Below, in pieces: positions 30,621-38,986 of a DNA stretch of 63,678 nt (position 1 is its first letter; each line of letters begins with the position of its first letter). This stretch comes from Elusimicrobiota bacterium. GTDB taxonomy: Bacteria > Elusimicrobiota > Elusimicrobia > UBA1565 > JACRDR01. The notes below the pieces were generated by a model, which was not told the origin of the DNA, made no database searches, and worked only from the letters and a program-made list of their open reading frames with translations. The DNA is taken from assembly GCA_041694815.1 (NCBI GenBank), contig JBGFSC010000028.1, positions 1 to 63,678 of the forward strand, read 5' to 3'. The position numbers and the translations under genes were made by a program.

Positions 30621-32036
30621 TTAGTCGCTTAACTTTAATTCTTCGTAGGGGCCATCGTCGTTCTTCGGGTCCCTTTGGTAAAAACGGGCGTTTCGGGGAC
30701 AATAGCACACCGGATAAGGTTCTATCCATGCCATATCCTTGCCAGCCTTTCTTGCGTTCTCATGCTCCTTGGTGCAATCTTCGCCCCATTTCAATTCGTG
30801 TTTCTGGCGGGTGCCGCAGAAGACATTGTCGCCTACGAAGCAGCGACCGTCCGTATACCATTTAGGCCCCCCCGCCGTTGGTATACAGGCAGTCGGCGTG
30901 ACGCCCTTGACTCCGTCGGGAAGATAGGTTTCATAGAGCGAACCGATCCCCCGAACCTCGGCCACTTTCGCCAGATTCTCGGGAACGACGCATTCCTGCA
31001 ATTTATCGCACTTCTCCTTACATTTCGAAAGAATCCCTGCCTTTTCGCAGGCGCTCCAAACCGCAAACTCGCCGTTGCGGGCATCTTTTCCGTAATAGGC
31101 CTTGACCAGAGAGATCTTCTCATCGGTGCCCAATAGATCAATAAACGGCTGCCGTGGTTCAATTGGGAAATTAGCTTCGTAGAGCCACTCTACCGGATCC
31201 ATGCGTTGAGCCACATTTTCGGGAATATTGTCCTGGAGCACTCGCGCGAACAGGTTCAGCTTTCCTTGAGGGGGCAACCCCTGGGCGTCAACGTCGCGCA
31301 ACGCTTTAAACGTCTTGGAGAAAGCCTCTTTCCCCACCAAGACCTGCAATTTCATAAAACGGGGAATCGAGGCATCATCTTGAAGCCATTGCTCGGGATT
31401 TAACAACGGCGAATCCAGACGACCGCTCGCGTATAGATAATTGGTGATCCTGGGTTTGAACTTGGCGAAAAAGGTCTTGTTCCACTGCCACACCTCGCGA
31501 TCGAACATGGCGCTGATTTTCTCTTCAAGCTCGGGAGGAAGCACGAACCCTCGATTATCGCTGGTGGTTTTTAGATGCGCGAACCCCTCCAAGAGCCCCT
31601 TCTCGAGGTGAAGCTCGTTAGAGCCGCCGGAAATGCCTAATCCTTCGACCAAAACTAATTTTCCCGGATCGACGCCCGTCAGGTGATGGAAAAAGTCCCA
31701 CCGTGAATCCAGCGTGTTAATTAATTTCTCCCGATCCGCGATCCGGAGCAACTTTTGAGCGCTCCCGTGGATCACGAAGTGTTTGCCGTCGACGCTCGCC
31801 ATGATCTTGGGTCCGATGACGGCTTTTGCCGGCACCGCATCCCTATACCAGGTCAATTCACAAATGGCCTGGTTTTTCTCCAATTTAAGGCCGAGTTGAA
31901 AAGCGCCATCCCAAGGCATATGCCCGTGCTTATGGGGAATAAAGCCTATATCCTTACATTCAGAAAAACCTGCGGCAGGTAGTATGGAGGAAAGGATCCA
32001 GAATGCGGCGGCGAGACGGCGGGATTTGGGGGCCAT
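30621..32036 (-). CDS. Hypothetical secreted protein with Cys-rich C-terminus, AT-richer
   Basis: 471-aa ORF, signal-like N-terminus, own TTGACA-18-TAATCT promoter. Confidence 0.75.
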   Translation of the reverse strand: MAPKSRRLAAAFWILSSILPAAGFSECKDIGFIPHKHGHMPWDGAFQLGLKLEKNQAICELTWYRDAVPAKAVIGPKIMASVDGKHFVIHGSAQKLLRIADREKLINTLDSRWDFFHHLTGVDPGKLVLVEGLGISGGSNELHLEKGLLEGFAHLKTTSDNRGFVLPPELEEKISAMFDREVWQWNKTFFAKFKPRITNYLYASGRLDSPLLNPEQWLQDDASIPRFMKLQVLVGKEAFSKTFKALRDVDAQGLPPQGKLNLFARVLQDNIPENVAQRMDPVEWLYEANFPIEPRQPFIDLLGTDEKISLVKAYYGKDARNGEFAVWSACEKAGILSKCKEKCDKLQECVVPENLAKVAEVRGIGSLYETYLPDGVKGVTPTACIPTAGGPKWYTDGRCFVGDNVFCGTRQKHELKWGEDCTKEHENARKAGKDMAWIEPYPVCYCPRNARFYQRDPKNDDGPYEELKLSD

Positions 32037-32068
32037 GATCCAAGATTAGCCCCCGTTGCCTTATTTTG

Positions 32069-33169
32069 TCAAGACCTACTCGGGCAGCGGCAGGACATGG
32101 TCTTCCGACGCTCCGGCAGGCATCCAGAAGGGTCGAGATCGGGGCTGCGCCGATGCCCCCGCGTGTTACATGTGCCGGCGGGGGCGTAGCAGCGGCCGTC
32201 TGAGTGCCAATAGCGGTCGCTATGGCATTGCCAGGCTTCCACACCTTCTTCGGATGGATTCGCTGTACGTTCACCTAGCCATTCTACCCCGGAAACAAGA
32301 GTCGGACCGAATGGATCCATATCTTCATAGTCTCCATACTCCGGCTCATAAATGGCGATACCTGAACGCAGGTGATCTTTCAGCATTTGCACCTCATGGG
32401 GAAGCAGGCCCACCTGCGGAAGACGCGAAAAATCCCAATGAGCGCGCATCACCGATGAACCGCCGAAAGCCTCTTGATAAACGAATTCCTCGATGCAGCC
32501 CTCTCCGCCTTCCTCGGCACCCTGCGGGCCGCATTCCTTTCTCGGCGGAAAACGAAAAGGCCGCTTGTCCGTGAACCAATCTGGGTGCGGCAGACCGAGC
32601 ATATGCCCCACCTCGTGCAGCACTCCGCCCCAACGCGCCTCCATGGGCCAGCCGCACCACCACGGATTGATTCCGGCATGATTGATGGGGCATTCGCGGC
32701 GCTCAAGCCTCTCATTATTGATGATCGTGAACGCGTATTCTCCTCCCAGCCATTGATCCGACGCGCTGAAGACGATCGTAGCCCGCGGCTTGAACAGCCC
32801 GTGCTCCTTCAGCAGGTCCGCGACGAAATAATAGTCATAGACGCCCTCTGAATATTCCGTGGCGGCGACACTCTCGCCATGCAGCTCGTAGACCTCGGAT
32901 TCCATCCGTACATCCAGGCCGAAATGCCGGTAGAAATCGCGGATAAGGCGTATCTGCTGTAAAATCGTATCGCGGTCTTCCTGCGAAGGCTTCGCGGGCT
33001 CTGGCAGGTAGTAAATAAGGCGCATGGGAGTAGTGCGGGCGAAGAGCTTCTCCCTAGGAGCGTCAAGGCGGAAACGAATCGGCGATCGAGGTTCCAGTAC
33101 TGGGAAAACCCTCATTTCCGCGCCGGCAAAGGCCGGGACCGCCAATAGAAAAGCGGCGAGAACACGCAT
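32069..33169 (-). CDS. Secreted metzincin-type zinc metalloprotease with Cys-rich C-terminus
   Basis: Signal peptide (AFA-G), HEVGHMLGLPH (HExxHxxGxxH), SSVM Met-turn; start at 33169 or 33175. Confidence 0.8.
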   Translation of the reverse strand: MRVLAAFLLAVPAFAGAEMRVFPVLEPRSPIRFRLDAPREKLFARTTPMRLIYYLPEPAKPSQEDRDTILQQIRLIRDFYRHFGLDVRMESEVYELHGESVAATEYSEGVYDYYFVADLLKEHGLFKPRATIVFSASDQWLGGEYAFTIINNERLERRECPINHAGINPWWCGWPMEARWGGVLHEVGHMLGLPHPDWFTDKRPFRFPPRKECGPQGAEEGGEGCIEEFVYQEAFGGSSVMRAHWDFSRLPQVGLLPHEVQMLKDHLRSGIAIYEPEYGDYEDMDPFGPTLVSGVEWLGERTANPSEEGVEAWQCHSDRYWHSDGRCYAPAGTCNTRGHRRSPDLDPSGCLPERRKTMSCRCPSRS

Positions 33170-33206
33170 CGCCATCCAGATTAGCCCTCAAACGCGAGAA
33201 AAACAA

Positions 33207-33289
33207 GGTGCCAGGCATCCACTTTCTTCACTTTGTTGACTTACGTCGAAAGGAAGTTGAGAAAGTGTAGAAAGTGGATGCCTGGCACC
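33207..33289. repeat. Palindromic intergenic repeat, copy 3, just 3' of tRNA-Ala
   Basis: GGTGCCAGGCATCCACTTTCT...AGAAAGTGGATGCCTGGCACC. Confidence 0.95.
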
Positions 33290-33297
33290 AAAAAGAA

Positions 33298-33373
<76 letters not shown>

Positions 33374-33388
33374 GCAGAGAGATTATAG

Positions 33389-33946
33389 CTATTTTTGGCC
33401 CAGGGGCTCACGCGCGATGGGCCGGTACTCCGACCCGCCGGCACCGAGCAGGCTTTGCATGAGCACCATGTCGGAAACGCCGCCGACCGGTCCCGGGGGA
33501 AGGCGTTCGACCGCGCCCTTCAATTTTTCGCCGCCGTCGCGGGGGCCCAAGCGGCATAGGGTGATATGGGGCACGAAAACCCGTTTCTCGACCGGAAAGC
33601 CGACCTGCCGCAGCTCGGTCCGGACCGACTCGGCCAAGATTCGAAGCATCGAGGAGCCCTCCCCTATGCCGGCCCAGATCAATTTCGGCGCCCGCCAGGA
33701 GTCGAAGGCGCCGGAGCCGGAAATGCCGAGCAAAAAGGGCTTCGCGTTGCCGCTCGCGCGGCTTAAGGCCTGGGCGAAGGAGGAGAGCCTCTCCGGAGGC
33801 TGTTCCCCCAAGAACTCCAAGGTCACATGGGCGTTTTCCGGCCGGGTCCAGCGTGCCGTGGGACAGGAGGGCTTAAGGGACTCGACGGAGCGTTCGACCC
33901 AGCGCCTCAAGGGCTCGGGCAGCTCGATGGCGATAAACAGCCTCAC
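33389..33946 (-). CDS. thpR: RNA 2',3'-cyclic phosphodiesterase (2H family)
   Basis: RLFIAI start, HVTLEFLG and PHITL motifs; GTG start. Confidence 0.9.
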   Translation of the reverse strand: MRLFIAIELPEPLRRWVERSVESLKPSCPTARWTRPENAHVTLEFLGEQPPERLSSFAQALSRASGNAKPFLLGISGSGAFDSWRAPKLIWAGIGEGSSMLRILAESVRTELRQVGFPVEKRVFVPHITLCRLGPRDGGEKLKGAVERLPPGPVGGVSDMVLMQSLLGAGGSEYRPIAREPLGQK

Positions 33947-34893
33947 GGGCTCGCCGCCCCCGCGCCGCGGCTCTTGCGGCGGGCCGCGGCCACCGCACGC
34001 AGATGGGAGCCGTAATCGGCGCTGAAGGTATGCCCCCCGGTATGGTCGGCGACGAAATACAGGGCGTCGGTCTTGGCCGGTGCGAGCACCGCGCGGATCG
34101 AGTCCAAGCCCGGCGAGCAGATGGGCCCCGGGGGAAGGCCGTAGCGGACATAGGTGTTGTGGGGGGAGTCGAATTGCAGGTCCTTGCGGCTTAAGCGCTT
34201 CTTCCATCGCCCGAGCGAGTACTGCACGGTGGGGTCGGCCTCCAGTCGCATGCGTTTGGACAGTCGATTGAGATAGACGGCGGCGATCATCGGCTTCTCC
34301 TCGGGCAGCACCGCTTCCCGCTCGACGATGGAGGCCAGGATCACCGCCTGATCGAGGCTCAGGCGCGACTGGGGGGAGGATTGGAAAACGGGCTCCACAT
34401 TGCGCCTGAACTCCTCGTGCATCAGGTGGGCGACGGCCCCCGCCTCCATCCCGAAGCCCAGGAAATACGTCGTGGGGAAGAGATAGCCCTCGAGGCGGTT
34501 GCGCCGCACGTACTCCTCGAAGGCCTGGGCGGAGGCGACTCGGACGGCCTCCAGGCGCTCGGCGATCTGCCGCGCCGAAAATCCCTCAGGGATCACCACC
34601 CGGACCCACTCGGGTCTCCCCCGGCTCAGCCGCCAGAGGGCATGCGGAGAAGCCATGTTCTTGCGCAGCCGGTAGCTGCCCGGCTTGAGCTTTCGATCCA
34701 AGCGGGTGACTTTCGCCAACGCGCGGAAGGCGCGGGAGCTGCCGATAACACCTTCCCGCTCCAACAAGCGGGCCGTCTCCGCCGCGGGAAGGCCGGGCAT
34801 CAGCGTGACGGTGACGGGATCCCCGGGGCGCAGGAACCAAGCCGCGAGCGCCAGCGGGAGCATCGCTGCGGCAAGCAGGCGGCGCCGGGTCAC
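33943..34893 (-). CDS. mltG: Endolytic transglycosylase MltG
   Basis: LEGYLFPTTY, ASIVEREA, LEADPTVQY, GLPPGPI. Confidence 0.93.
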   Translation of the reverse strand: MTRRRLLAAAMLPLALAAWFLRPGDPVTVTLMPGLPAAETARLLEREGVIGSSRAFRALAKVTRLDRKLKPGSYRLRKNMASPHALWRLSRGRPEWVRVVIPEGFSARQIAERLEAVRVASAQAFEEYVRRNRLEGYLFPTTYFLGFGMEAGAVAHLMHEEFRRNVEPVFQSSPQSRLSLDQAVILASIVEREAVLPEEKPMIAAVYLNRLSKRMRLEADPTVQYSLGRWKKRLSRKDLQFDSPHNTYVRYGLPPGPICSPGLDSIRAVLAPAKTDALYFVADHTGGHTFSADYGSHLRAVAAARRKSRGAGAASP

Positions 34894-35264
34894 GCCCGCG
34901 CGCGCCTCAAGACGGCGCGGATGCGCGCGAGTAGGTCCTCGGGCTTGAAGGGCTTGGTGACGTAGTCGTCGACGCCGAAGTGCAGCGCTTCCAATTCGTT
35001 TTCCGAGGCGCGCATGACGGTCAACATGATGACCGGAACATTGGCGAATTCCGAGGAGCGCAGCACGGAGACGAACTTTTCCCCGTTGACCTTGGGCATG
35101 TTCCAGTCGAGCAGGACGAGGTCTGGCTTGAACTCCCGGAGGGCCTTGAGCCCCTCCTCGCCGTCCTCCGAGAGCCGCGTCTGGAAGCCGTTTTCGCCCA
35201 GCGTATCCCTTAAGATGATGCGGTAATCGAGCTCGTCGTCGATGATTAATACCTTGTCTGCCAT
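34890..35264 (-). CDS. Single-domain response regulator (receiver)
   Basis: IIDDE, LLDWNMP, MLT, TKPF. Confidence 0.9.
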   Translation of the reverse strand: MADKVLIIDDELDYRIILRDTLGENGFQTRLSEDGEEGLKALREFKPDLVLLDWNMPKVNGEKFVSVLRSSEFANVPVIMLTVMRASENELEALHFGVDDYVTKPFKPEDLLARIRAVLRRARA

Positions 35265-35268
35265 ATCC

Positions 35269-35994
35269 CTAGGCTACCTTTGAATCCGCCGCGAACGCGG
35301 AGGATGGGACGGTGAGCCGGTAGCCCACGCCGTGCACCGTCTCGATCTGCGGGCCGACGCCCTCGAGTTTCCGGCGCAACGACTCGACGTGCTTGTCCAA
35401 GGTCCGGGTCTCCACGCCCTGCGGGTAATTCCATACGGCATCGAGTATTTCCTTCCGCTTGAGCGCCTGTTCCTTATGGCGCATCAGGAAAGCCAGGAGA
35501 TCGAACTCCAGTCGGGTCAAGGGGAGCGGTTCGCCCGCGAGCAGGGCGCGGCGCTCCAAAAGGCGCAATTCCATATTGCCGGCGCGCAGGGTGGTCGAAG
35601 GCGTTTCCTCGAACGATTCGCCGCCCCAGATGCGTCGCCGCAAGAGCGCCCGCACCCGCGCCAGGAATACCTGGCCGTGGAAGGGCTTGACCAGGAAATC
35701 GTCCGCGCCGGCGTCGAGCAGCGCCACCACCTCTCGGGGCTTGGCTTTGACGTTGACGCTGAGCACGGGAAGCCGCTGCGTCTTGGCGTGACCGCGCAGG
35801 GAGCGGACGAACTCCGCGGAGGCCTGGGCGGAGGGGAGGCCGTCGAGGATGATGAGATGCACCGGATCGGCGAGCATCTTGGCCAAGGCCCTCCCTGGGT
35901 CCGGGACCAGCGTGACCTTGTGATTCTGCTGCTCGAGCAGCTCCTGCAGCAGCAGGCAGAACTTCGCATCGTTGCCGACGATGGCGATATTCAT
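35269..35994 (-). CDS. OmpR/PhoB-family response regulator with atypical receiver
   Basis: GADDFLVKPF, LTRLEFDLL, TRTLDKHV, IETVHGVGYR; start at 35994 or 36012. Confidence 0.88.
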   Translation of the reverse strand: MNIAIVGNDAKFCLLLQELLEQQNHKVTLVPDPGRALAKMLADPVHLIILDGLPSAQASAEFVRSLRGHAKTQRLPVLSVNVKAKPREVVALLDAGADDFLVKPFHGQVFLARVRALLRRRIWGGESFEETPSTTLRAGNMELRLLERRALLAGEPLPLTRLEFDLLAFLMRHKEQALKRKEILDAVWNYPQGVETRTLDKHVESLRRKLEGVGPQIETVHGVGYRLTVPSSAFAADSKVA

Positions 35995-36047
35995 GTCACT
36001 CGTCCCCCCCACGGGGGGACGAGTAGCCGGGGGGGACCGTTTTTATT

Positions 36048-37682
36048 TTAATGGGCCAGTACAGGGTACTCTCCAAATACCTTCTTTAAGCTCTCGACGA
36101 TCTCCCCCAAGGTCGCGTAGGCCTTGACGCATTCGAAGATCGGGGGAAGGAGATTGTCCTTGGTCGCCGCCGTTTGGGCCAATCGGCGCAGGGAGGCCTC
36201 CACCGCCGCGTTGTCGCGCTCCTTGCGCAGTTTCCGCAGGGCCTGCACCTGGCGCTTTTCGACGGTGTCGTGTATCTTGAGGATGCGCGGGGGCTTGGCG
36301 TGCCCTTGGAGCACGTTGACGCCCACCACCTTGCGGCGCCGCCGCGCCACGTCCATCTCGTATCGATAGGCCGTCTCGGCGATCTCCCGATGGAAGAAGC
36401 CGCGCTCCAGGGCCGGCACGACGCCGCCTTGCTCCTTGATGCGGTCCATGAGCTCGAGGGTGCGGCGCTCGACCTCGTCGGTCAAGGACTCCAAGTAATA
36501 GGACCCGCCGAAGGGGTCGGCCGTGTCCGTCACACCGGACTCGGCGGCGACGATCTGCTGGGTGCGCAACGCCAGCATCACCGCCTCATCCGAGGGCAAC
36601 GCCAACGCCTCGTCGAAAGAGTTCGTGTGCAGGCTCTGCGTCCCTCCCAGCACCGCGGCCAGGGCCTGGTAGGCGACGCGCGCCAGATTGTTCATCGGCT
36701 GCTGGGCCACCAGGGATACCCCCGCGGTCTGGCAATGCATGGGGAGCATCCAGGAGAGCTCCCTACGCGCGCCCATGCTTTCCCGCATGAAGCGCGCCCA
36801 GATGCGCCGGCCCGCCCGCAGCTTGGCGATCTCCTCGAAGAAATAGTTGTGCACGTCGAAGAAGAAGGAAAGGTGCGAGGCGAAATCGTCGACGGCCAGG
36901 CCGCGCGCCACCAGGCGCTCGACGTAGTCGACCCCATCGGCCAGGGTGAAGGCCAGCTCCTGCACCGCGTTGGCCCCCGCCTCGCGGATATGGTAGCCGG
37001 AGATCGAGATGGGATAGAAGCGCGGGACTTCCTTGACGCAGAACTCGATGGTATCGAGCACCAGCCGCATCGAGGGCTCGGGGGGATAGAGGTACTCGTT
37101 CTGGGCGATGTACTCCTTGAGGATGTCGAGCTGCAGCGTGCCGCGCACGCGCTTGAACGGCACGTTCTGCCGCTGGGCGACGGCCAAGTACATCGCGAGC
37201 ATCACCGGAGCCGGCAGATTGATCGTCATCGAGGTGGAGACCTTGGCCAGGTCTATGCCCGAGAAAAGTTGCTCGAAATCCGCGAGGGAGTCGACGGCCA
37301 CGCCCTCCCGGCCGACCTCGCCGGCCGCGCGCGGGTCGTCGGAATCCACTCCCATGAGCGTCGGCAGGTCGAAGGCCGTCGAGAGCCCCGTCTCGCCGTG
37401 GGCGAGCAGGTACTTGAACCGCTCGTTGGTGTCCTTGGCGCTTTTATGCCCCGCGAATTGGCGCATCGTCCACGGATGGACTCGGTAGCCGGAAGCCTTG
37501 ATACCGCGGGTGAAGGGGTAATGGCCGGGCTCTCCGATCCGGCCGGCTTCGCCGCCGGAGACGTCGGAGGCGCGGTACTCCTGAAGCACCGGGATCTCCG
37601 AAAGCGTCGCTCCCGGGGAGGGAGCCTCTTCGGTTTTTTCGGCGCGAGCTGCCGGGCCGGCGGCGGGTGGAGCCGAGGACAT
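36048..37682 (-). CDS. B12-dependent acyl-CoA mutase large subunit (isobutyryl-CoA mutase-type signature)
   Basis: TMRQFAG, STAFDLPT, SISGYHIREAG, GGTQSLHTN; no B12-binding domain in this ORF. Confidence 0.9.
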   Translation of the reverse strand: MSSAPPAAGPAARAEKTEEAPSPGATLSEIPVLQEYRASDVSGGEAGRIGEPGHYPFTRGIKASGYRVHPWTMRQFAGHKSAKDTNERFKYLLAHGETGLSTAFDLPTLMGVDSDDPRAAGEVGREGVAVDSLADFEQLFSGIDLAKVSTSMTINLPAPVMLAMYLAVAQRQNVPFKRVRGTLQLDILKEYIAQNEYLYPPEPSMRLVLDTIEFCVKEVPRFYPISISGYHIREAGANAVQELAFTLADGVDYVERLVARGLAVDDFASHLSFFFDVHNYFFEEIAKLRAGRRIWARFMRESMGARRELSWMLPMHCQTAGVSLVAQQPMNNLARVAYQALAAVLGGTQSLHTNSFDEALALPSDEAVMLALRTQQIVAAESGVTDTADPFGGSYYLESLTDEVERRTLELMDRIKEQGGVVPALERGFFHREIAETAYRYEMDVARRRRKVVGVNVLQGHAKPPRILKIHDTVEKRQVQALRKLRKERDNAAVEASLRRLAQTAATKDNLLPPIFECVKAYATLGEIVESLKKVFGEYPVLAH

Positions 37683-37711
37683 GGGTTAGGAAAATGATAG
37701 CAGAGAAACGC

Positions 37712-38875
37712 TCACGAGGTGAAGCGTATCTTGTAAAAGCGATGTTTGCCCAGCTGCACGGTCAATTCCGGCTTGCCGGCGATCGCGGGCCTGCCGTCGA
37801 CCGTCTCCACCGCGCCGTCCACCTTGAGGGCCCCTTGGGAGATGAGGCGCTGGGCCTGCTTGCGCGAGGGAACCGCGCCGATGCCAGCGAGCAGTTGGCT
37901 CCAACTGGCGATAGAGGACTCAACTGTTTTGATCTCTATGTTTTCCGGGATCTCTTTCTGCGAGAACGTCTTCTCGAAGAACTCCCTCTCCTGCCTTGCG
38001 GCGGCGTCACCGTGGAAACGCCCGGTTATTTCCTGGGCCAAGGCCTTCTTCGCCTCCATCGGGTGCCGCGAGCGGATGCCCGCCAGGTCATGCTGCGTCA
38101 GCAGCTCGTAATACGCGAGCATCTGTTCGTCGGAGATCTTCATGAGCTTGCCGAACATCTCGCGGGGCGGATCATTTAAGGCGATGGCGTTCCCGTAGGA
38201 CTTCGACATCTTCTTGACCCCGTCCAACCCCACCAGCAGGGGGACCGTCATCGCCACCTGGGGCTGGAGGCCGGCATCCTTGAGCATTTCGCGGCCCATG
38301 AGCAGGTTGAATACCTGATCGTTTCCTCCCAATTCGACGTCGGCTTTCACCGCCACCGAGTCGTAGCCCTGGAATACGGGGTACAGGATCTCCAAGAGGG
38401 TGATCGGGCTTTGCGCCTTCTGCCTCGCCGCGAAATCCTCGCGCTGCAACAATTGCCCGACCGTGACCCTCTTGAGCGTCTCCAGCAGGCCCTTGCGCAT
38501 GAACGGCTCCAGCCATTCGGAGTTGAAGCGCAGCTCGGTGCGTTCCTTAAGCAGGACCTTAAACGCCTGTTCTTGGTACGTCCTCGCGTTCGCCTGGATC
38601 TCGGACTCCGAGAGGGTGGGGCGCGTGGCATCGCGACCGGAGGGATCGCCGATGCGGGCGGTGAAATCCCCGATGATGAGCACGGCCGTGTGGCCGAGCT
38701 CCTGGAAGGCGCGCAGACGGTTGAGCACGACGGTATGTCCCAGGTGCAAATCCGGCGAGGTCGGGTCGACCCCCAATTTGACTCGCAGCGGCCGGCCGAG
38801 CGACAGCTTGCGCTCGAGCTCGGCGGCCGAGACCAGCTCGACGCAGCCCCTCCGGAGCGTTTCCAGCGCCTTCAT
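37712..38875 (-). CDS. tyrS: Tyrosine--tRNA ligase
   Basis: GVDPTSPDLHLGH, QGYDS, KMSKS, C-terminal S4 domain. Confidence 0.97.
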   Translation of the reverse strand: MKALETLRRGCVELVSAAELERKLSLGRPLRVKLGVDPTSPDLHLGHTVVLNRLRAFQELGHTAVLIIGDFTARIGDPSGRDATRPTLSESEIQANARTYQEQAFKVLLKERTELRFNSEWLEPFMRKGLLETLKRVTVGQLLQREDFAARQKAQSPITLLEILYPVFQGYDSVAVKADVELGGNDQVFNLLMGREMLKDAGLQPQVAMTVPLLVGLDGVKKMSKSYGNAIALNDPPREMFGKLMKISDEQMLAYYELLTQHDLAGIRSRHPMEAKKALAQEITGRFHGDAAARQEREFFEKTFSQKEIPENIEIKTVESSIASWSQLLAGIGAVPSRKQAQRLISQGALKVDGAVETVDGRPAIAGKPELTVQLGKHRFYKIRFTS

Positions 38876-38896
38876 GTGGCTATTCTACTTATTGCG

Positions 38897-38918
38897 GGTG
38901 CCAGCTATCCACTTACTC
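38897..38918. repeat. Degenerate single-arm remnant of the palindromic repeat
   Basis: GGTGCCAGCTATCCACTTACTC versus consensus GGTGCCAGGCATCCACTTTCTN. Confidence 0.6.
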
Positions 38919-38986
38919 AAGGGGTGCGGCGCGGGTCCTGAGCGCGCGCCTTGATTTTGTAACAGGGCGCTGTTAAATTTCACGGG

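Noticed and set aside
30621..33297. Integrative island or prophage at tRNA-Ala
   Set aside because: Composition is AT-richer, but I found no integrase and no duplicated tRNA 3' end (att site).
36174..37697. 507-aa plus-strand ORF and many other long antisense ORFs (e.g. 17103-18323, 52815-53912)
   Set aside because: Shadow ORFs opposite conserved genes, expected from high GC3 codon bias; no motifs recognised.
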